From Planctomycetota bacterium (GTDB lineage: Bacteria; Planctomycetota; UBA8108; SXIK01), in the NCBI GenBank assembly GCA_965223845.1, contig CBDCXR010000004.1:7232001-7296000 (forward strand): 64,000 nucleotides of DNA. The letters are read 5' to 3'. This document shows positions 58,301 through 64,000 of the stretch, piece after piece. Made by a program: the position numbers and the translations under genes. Positions within the stretch are counted from its first letter, which is position 1; every line of letters begins with the position of its first letter. The notes under the pieces were generated by a model that was given only the letters and a program-made list of their open reading frames with translations, was not told the origin of the DNA and did no database searches.

Positions 58301-60988
58301 CTAGTTCGACGGCTTGAGCGGCGGGAGCCAACCGTCGCGGGCGGAGTCGACCTCGGCTCCGGTGCCCTCGAGCGCTCTCTCGAGGCGTCCGGCCTCGCCC
58401 GTCGGCTCCTCCACTTCGGCCTCCGGCGGCGTCGGTCGCGTCGGCCGCGGGCTCACCGGATCGTCGAGGCTCGGTCGCGTCGGCGCGGGCTCGTCGTCGT
58501 CGTCCGGTAGGCCGACGCCGCCGGCGGGCGTCGCCTCGGGGAAAGAGCGTCGCGGGATGGGCGGCGTAGCGCCGGGTGGGCCGTTCGGATCGTTCTCGTA
58601 GCGTTCGCGCTCCCGGCGGAAGTACCCCGAGCGGTCGAGCGGACGCCGGACGCCCTGCGGCCGGAGGTCGAACGACCCGGGCGCGTCGGGATCGAGACGC
58701 GGCGGCGGCGGATCCTGGACTGTCGGCTCGGCGAAGTTCGTCGGCTCGAGATCCTCGGCGAAGCGCTGGACGAAGCCTCGCGCTTGGTCGGTGATCTCGA
58801 AGTGGTCGGCGAAGTTCGGATGCGTGAGCACGTGAGCGCGGAGGAAAATGTAGAGATTCGACAAGCTCTTCGACGACGCTTCCGACCGGAAGGCCTTCCC
58901 GATGAGCGGGATGTCGCCGAGGATCGGCACCTTCGATACCGTCTTCGACTTATTCTCGCGGGTGAGCCCGCCGATGACGAACAATTGGCCGTCGGGAACG
59001 GTCACCGCGGACGTGATCGTGTTGGTGAGCTTCGGCGGGAGGACCTGCGCGGTCGCGGCCTGCGCCGAGAACTCCGAGACCTCGAGCGACATCTCGAGGA
59101 ACACCGCCTGCTCCGAGCTGATCGTCGGCGTGATCTCGAGGACGATACCGGCGTCCTCGGCTTCCTGCGACGAAGTCTGACCCGCGGCGGTGGTCGCCGT
59201 CGTTTGCACGAACTGCGTCTCCAGGATCTGGATCAAGTTCGGCATGTTGTCGTCGGCGAGGATGAACGGCGTCGCGAGAACCTGCGTGTCGCTGTTCGCC
59301 TTGAAGAAGCGGATCAGCGCCGGGAACTTTCCCCGGTTCATCACCGCGAGGAGGGCGCCCGACGGCACCGCCTGCGGATTCGAGAGGTCCGGAATCACGC
59401 GGTTGAAGTTCTCGAGATCGATACCGGAGAGGCCGAAGCTCGACTCGACGAGCGCGCGAGTCGCGCGATCGTCCGGGTTTCCGGCGAGAAGCTCGATCGT
59501 GTAGTTGAGCGAGCTGCTCGACGTCACCTGAACGAGGGCGGCTTCGAGGAAGACCTGCCGCCGCTTCGTGTCGATCTCGCGAAGAACGTTGATGATCTCT
59601 GCGTAGTCCTCGGGTTCCGCCTGGACGAGGAGAGAGTTCGTTTGGATGTGGGGGACGATGAGCGCCGGTCCACCCTGCGCGGCCGGTCCTCCGCCCGCCG
59701 CACCCGGCGCGGCCTGCGCCGGCGAACGGGCCTGCGACTGACCGATCCGCGAGACGCCGCGCGTCCGGCCGGCACCCGTGCCGCGGCTGAGCGTCCGGCT
59801 GCCGGAGCGCGTGCCCCCGCTCGCGCCGAGGAGGCTCTGGAGATCCGCGGCGACTTCGTCCGCCTTGAGGTATCGCACCTGGTAGATGTGCGTTTTCATC
59901 CGGTGCATCTCGTAGCGGACGTCCAGCTCGCGAATGAGCATGAAGATGTCTTCGAGATCGCGTTCGTCGTAGGTCTCGATAATGATCTTGTTCGTTCGCG
60001 GGTCGGCGATGAGCTGCGTCTCGAGATCGTCTCCCGATCGACGGGTCGACACGCTCGATGGCCGCGCCCCTCCCGATCCGGCGGGGCGAGCGACACTTCC
60101 TCCCGTCCGACGGCCGAGGCGTCCCTGCTCGAGGAAGCTCTCGATGGTCGCGACGAGCTCGTCGGCGTACGCGTACTCGATGTCGACGATTTCCACGATG
60201 CGATCCGATTCGGGCACGGGAACATCGATGATGCTGAGCAGCTTCCGGAAGTAATTGATCAGTCCAAACTTCGCCGTGATGATCACGATCTTCGTGTTCG
60301 GCACCTCGACGAGGCTGAACCCGGACTGCCGCGCCTTCGCCGCGCTCGAGCCGCCGAGGAGCTTCGTCAGCGAATCGATCGCGTCCTTCGGTTCGACGTG
60401 GCGGAGGTGAAACACCATCGTCGCGAGCTGATCTTGCTCGAGACCGAGTTGATCGACATCGCCGACCTCGTCCGTGATCTTCCTCACGCGTGACTGATCG
60501 ACGTCGAGGATCGGCATTTCGTTCTGCGCTTCTCCTCCCGTCGCCGGAGCGGTCAAGCTGGTCACCTTGATGACCTGCCGTCCGTTCCCGAGCTCCTCGA
60601 TGTTTACCTCCATGCGGTTCGAGCGGAGGAGGGCCTTCACGATCTCGTCGTCGGCGTCGCGGATCGGCGCGGCGATCGTGATCGGCTTCATGTTCGCGAG
60701 CTGGGTCGAATCGACGAACACGGGGAGTCCGGTGTACGCCGACAAGAAGCGGAGGAATTCGAGGACCTCGATCTCGCCTTCGCTGATATTCACCCGGTCG
60801 CCGGGCTCGAACCCCTCGATCGGGGGAATCTGCTGGAGGTCGCCGTCGGCGGGACCGATGCCGCCGTCTCCAGCGGGCTGCTCCTGCGCGATGCCGAGCG
60901 GTATCGCCGTGAAGGCGGCGAGTAGGGCGGCGATCACGACTTTGCGGTTGTCGCGCACGGGGGCGACCGATACGTCATCCCGTCTCAT
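58301..60988 (-). CDS. gspD: Secretin GspD with Pro-rich C-terminal tail
   Basis: Signal peptide; N0-N3 domains (ADPRTNKIII, QTNSLLVQA); QVFLEA, GIVLEITPTI, IGGL and KVPILGDIPLIGKAFR. Confidence 0.9.
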   Translation of the reverse strand: MRRDDVSVAPVRDNRKVVIAALLAAFTAIPLGIAQEQPAGDGGIGPADGDLQQIPPIEGFEPGDRVNISEGEIEVLEFLRFLSAYTGLPVFVDSTQLANMKPITIAAPIRDADDEIVKALLRSNRMEVNIEELGNGRQVIKVTSLTAPATGGEAQNEMPILDVDQSRVRKITDEVGDVDQLGLEQDQLATMVFHLRHVEPKDAIDSLTKLLGGSSAAKARQSGFSLVEVPNTKIVIITAKFGLINYFRKLLSIIDVPVPESDRIVEIVDIEYAYADELVATIESFLEQGRLGRRTGGSVARPAGSGGARPSSVSTRRSGDDLETQLIADPRTNKIIIETYDERDLEDIFMLIRELDVRYEMHRMKTHIYQVRYLKADEVAADLQSLLGASGGTRSGSRTLSRGTGAGRTRGVSRIGQSQARSPAQAAPGAAGGGPAAQGGPALIVPHIQTNSLLVQAEPEDYAEIINVLREIDTKRRQVFLEAALVQVTSSSSLNYTIELLAGNPDDRATRALVESSFGLSGIDLENFNRVIPDLSNPQAVPSGALLAVMNRGKFPALIRFFKANSDTQVLATPFILADDNMPNLIQILETQFVQTTATTAAGQTSSQEAEDAGIVLEITPTISSEQAVFLEMSLEVSEFSAQAATAQVLPPKLTNTITSAVTVPDGQLFVIGGLTRENKSKTVSKVPILGDIPLIGKAFRSEASSKSLSNLYIFLRAHVLTHPNFADHFEITDQARGFVQRFAEDLEPTNFAEPTVQDPPPPRLDPDAPGSFDLRPQGVRRPLDRSGYFRRERERYENDPNGPPGATPPIPRRSFPEATPAGGVGLPDDDDEPAPTRPSLDDPVSPRPTRPTPPEAEVEEPTGEAGRLERALEGTGAEVDSARDGWLPPLKPSN

Positions 60989-61092
60989 GGATTCTGAAAA
61001 CTCCCGACAGACAGCCGTCCTCTCGCCGACCAAAACTCAAGTCTTCACCGGGTCGTCGGCGTCCGGAGTCGGACGCGTCGGGAGGGCGAAGG

Positions 61093-61109
61093 AGCAAAGG
61101 CGGGGCCAA
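61093..61109 (-). promoter_or_regulatory. Candidate sigma54 -24/-12 promoter for the gspD operon
   Basis: Minus strand TTGGCCCCGCCTTTGCT = GG-N10-GC; AT-rich tract at 61135-61165 just upstream. Confidence 0.58.
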
Positions 61110-61535
61110 AGCGAGAGACTACGCGCTGACGCTCGTTAACTTGCTGTGGATTGAAGTCTTATGCTGGTTCCGGTAGGCCTGCCGGTCACCTGAGGCGGCG
61201 ACGGGCGCGGGCGACCGAGCTGAGTTCCACCGACGGCAGGTTTGAAAACCATACACACCGAGCGGGGGCGATCAGACCGTTTGCGTCTAGACCGCTCCCG
61301 TCTAGTCGATCGGCAGATCCGAGCGCCTTACTGGACTCTTTGTGGAGAGCTCACCCACCCGTGCGATGAGATTGAGGGCGCGGGGCCGATGCCGGGAAGC
61401 GATCGGGCCGCCGCGGCTCTTCGGCCGGGTTGGCGGTGGAGAGAAGCGCCGCATCTTATCGGCACTCCTCGGAGCGCCGGAGGAAAAAACCCCGGCGGCG
61501 AGCCCGCGTTTCGGCGCTCGGTCGGGCCCGGTGGT

Positions 61536-62624
61536 TTACCGGACCGAGACCCGCCTCCGGTCGTGCTTCTCAAGGAGCGCGCGAACGTGCTCGCCGAGCT
61601 TCGCCGGAGCGCGGAAGAGCATCCGATTGCCGCGCTTCATGAGGACGATGTTCACTCGCTCCCGCTCGGCGGGTGTGAGCTCCCCGAGCGCCGCGTCGCG
61701 AAGCTGTTTCACGGGACGAACGACTCCGATATACGAGAACAGTCGGGGGCGGTTGGGATCGGGATGGTCCCGTTCGGCGACGAGCTTCTCGAGTTGCTCG
61801 ATCAGGCGCTGCTTCGGCGCGCGCACGAAGATCTTGCCGAGCGACTCGACCGGGACGGCTCGAATGTGCGGGCCCTTCTCCCCTCGTTTCGCGTTGTATT
61901 TCTCGACCGCTCGCTGAATCGTCTCGTTCACGCGGCGAAACTGCTCCGCGGAGATCGTGAGGATCGTCGTGTAACGCGGCTCGCGCGGCTCCCAAGCCGG
62001 ATTCGTCGTCGCGACGAACGTCACCCCGCGCTTTTCGTGTTCTTCGCGGAACAGGTAGACGCGATGGACTGCGAGGAGAACCTTCAGCTCCTCGAGAGTG
62101 AATTCGCGCCCGGCCACTCCCGGTGCGATGTAGATTTCGCGGTCGCGGACCGCGGCGTTCTCGATGCGCGTCGGGTGTCCGCCGAGACGACCGGCGAGCT
62201 CGACGAGGAGCGGTGCCGGGTAGACACCCGCCCTCGGAAGGGCGATCCGCTGGGGGAGCGGTTCGTCGTCGGCGGTTCGGCGGAGACGCGCCCTCCGCGA
62301 TGGCACCGCTGCGCCTTGCTTCGATCCCTTCCCCCTTCCGTCTGCGTTCGCATCGCGCGTCGAACCGAGACCACCTGCGCTGCGAGGTTCGCCTGCAGGC
62401 GCCGCGGTCTCTCCGCGTGCTTCTGGCGCTTCGGAACGCGGTCGATCGGTGGGAGGAGCGTCCGCGACCGGCTTCGCGTCTTGGGTTTTCTTCTCCTGGG
62501 GGGCCGCCGCGAGCGAGCCCGGTTCGGTGAGCGCGCTTGCGAACACGACGACGATGACCCGTGCGACCGTGGCGCACGCTCGCGAAGAACGGACGGAGGG
62601 CTGAGTCCCAGAGGTGATGGTCAT
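61536..62624 (-). CDS. Exported protein resembling secretin N0-N1-N2 domains without the pore domain
   Basis: Signal-like N-terminus and low-complexity linker, then three segments that align by eye with the N domains of the adjacent GspD. Confidence 0.55.
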   Translation of the reverse strand: MTITSGTQPSVRSSRACATVARVIVVVFASALTEPGSLAAAPQEKKTQDAKPVADAPPTDRPRSEAPEARGETAAPAGEPRSAGGLGSTRDANADGRGKGSKQGAAVPSRRARLRRTADDEPLPQRIALPRAGVYPAPLLVELAGRLGGHPTRIENAAVRDREIYIAPGVAGREFTLEELKVLLAVHRVYLFREEHEKRGVTFVATTNPAWEPREPRYTTILTISAEQFRRVNETIQRAVEKYNAKRGEKGPHIRAVPVESLGKIFVRAPKQRLIEQLEKLVAERDHPDPNRPRLFSYIGVVRPVKQLRDAALGELTPAERERVNIVLMKRGNRMLFRAPAKLGEHVRALLEKHDRRRVSVR

Positions 62625-62682
62625 CGGAATCGAATCTCCCTTCGCCGCGTCGAAGCCCGCGCCTGGCGGCGGCTGCGCGCGG

Positions 62683-64000
<1,318 letters not shown>

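Noticed and set aside
1837-60493. Long antisense or alternate-frame ORFs (e.g. 1837-3216, 23482-24975, 25236-26894, 27593-29902, 32147-34177, 58784-60493)
   Set aside because: Shadow ORFs expected in high-GC DNA; they overlap well-supported genes and have no recognisable motifs.
36149-60988. Retractile type IVa pilus system
   Set aside because: GspG, GspK and GspD-type signatures dominate and no PilT or PilQ-type gene is in the window, although a PilM-like domain is present.

Overview
High-GC bacterial chromosomal window, probably Planctomycetota (inferred from the DUF1549/DUF1553 plus DUF1501 pair, CehA/McbA-like and PmoA/DUF6807-like proteins and DUF1844; kdsB and lptFG indicate an LPS-bearing diderm). 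Positions 1-35.8 kb are mostly housekeeping and envelope genes: queC, glycosyltransferases, kdsB, pyrG, lptF/G, M48 protease, ggt, MazG-like, TAXI, MscK, a Zn-protease/rimK/M14 deacylase cluster, trxB, a planctomycete DUF cluster, DnaJ-like, hflX and nadB. Positions 36-64 kb hold a type II secretion (T2SS)-like cluster split into two converging halves, gspK-?-pilM/gspL-gspM on + and gspDEFGHIJ on -. Between the halves lies an array of kelch beta-propeller lipoproteins. Two of them are each followed by a membrane-anchored HEAT-repeat gene; those two HEAT genes read as identical from start to stop codon while their flanks are unrelated. The two main kelch genes are mosaics about 96% identical with unrelated signal peptides, and a relic of a third copy sits between them. 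Sigma54-type -24/-12 motifs precede both T2SS halves and one kelch-HEAT unit (the latter with a consensus IHF site). A sigma54 activator gene and an apparent pore-less secretin N-domain paralogue sit upstream of gspD. There are also a 44-bp perfect inverted-repeat element, a solo arm of the same repeat inside the pseudopilin operon, and a MITE-like insertion just upstream of gspG. No rRNA, tRNA, CRISPR array, transposase or reverse transcriptase was recognised. All family calls come from motifs read by eye; no database searches were run.
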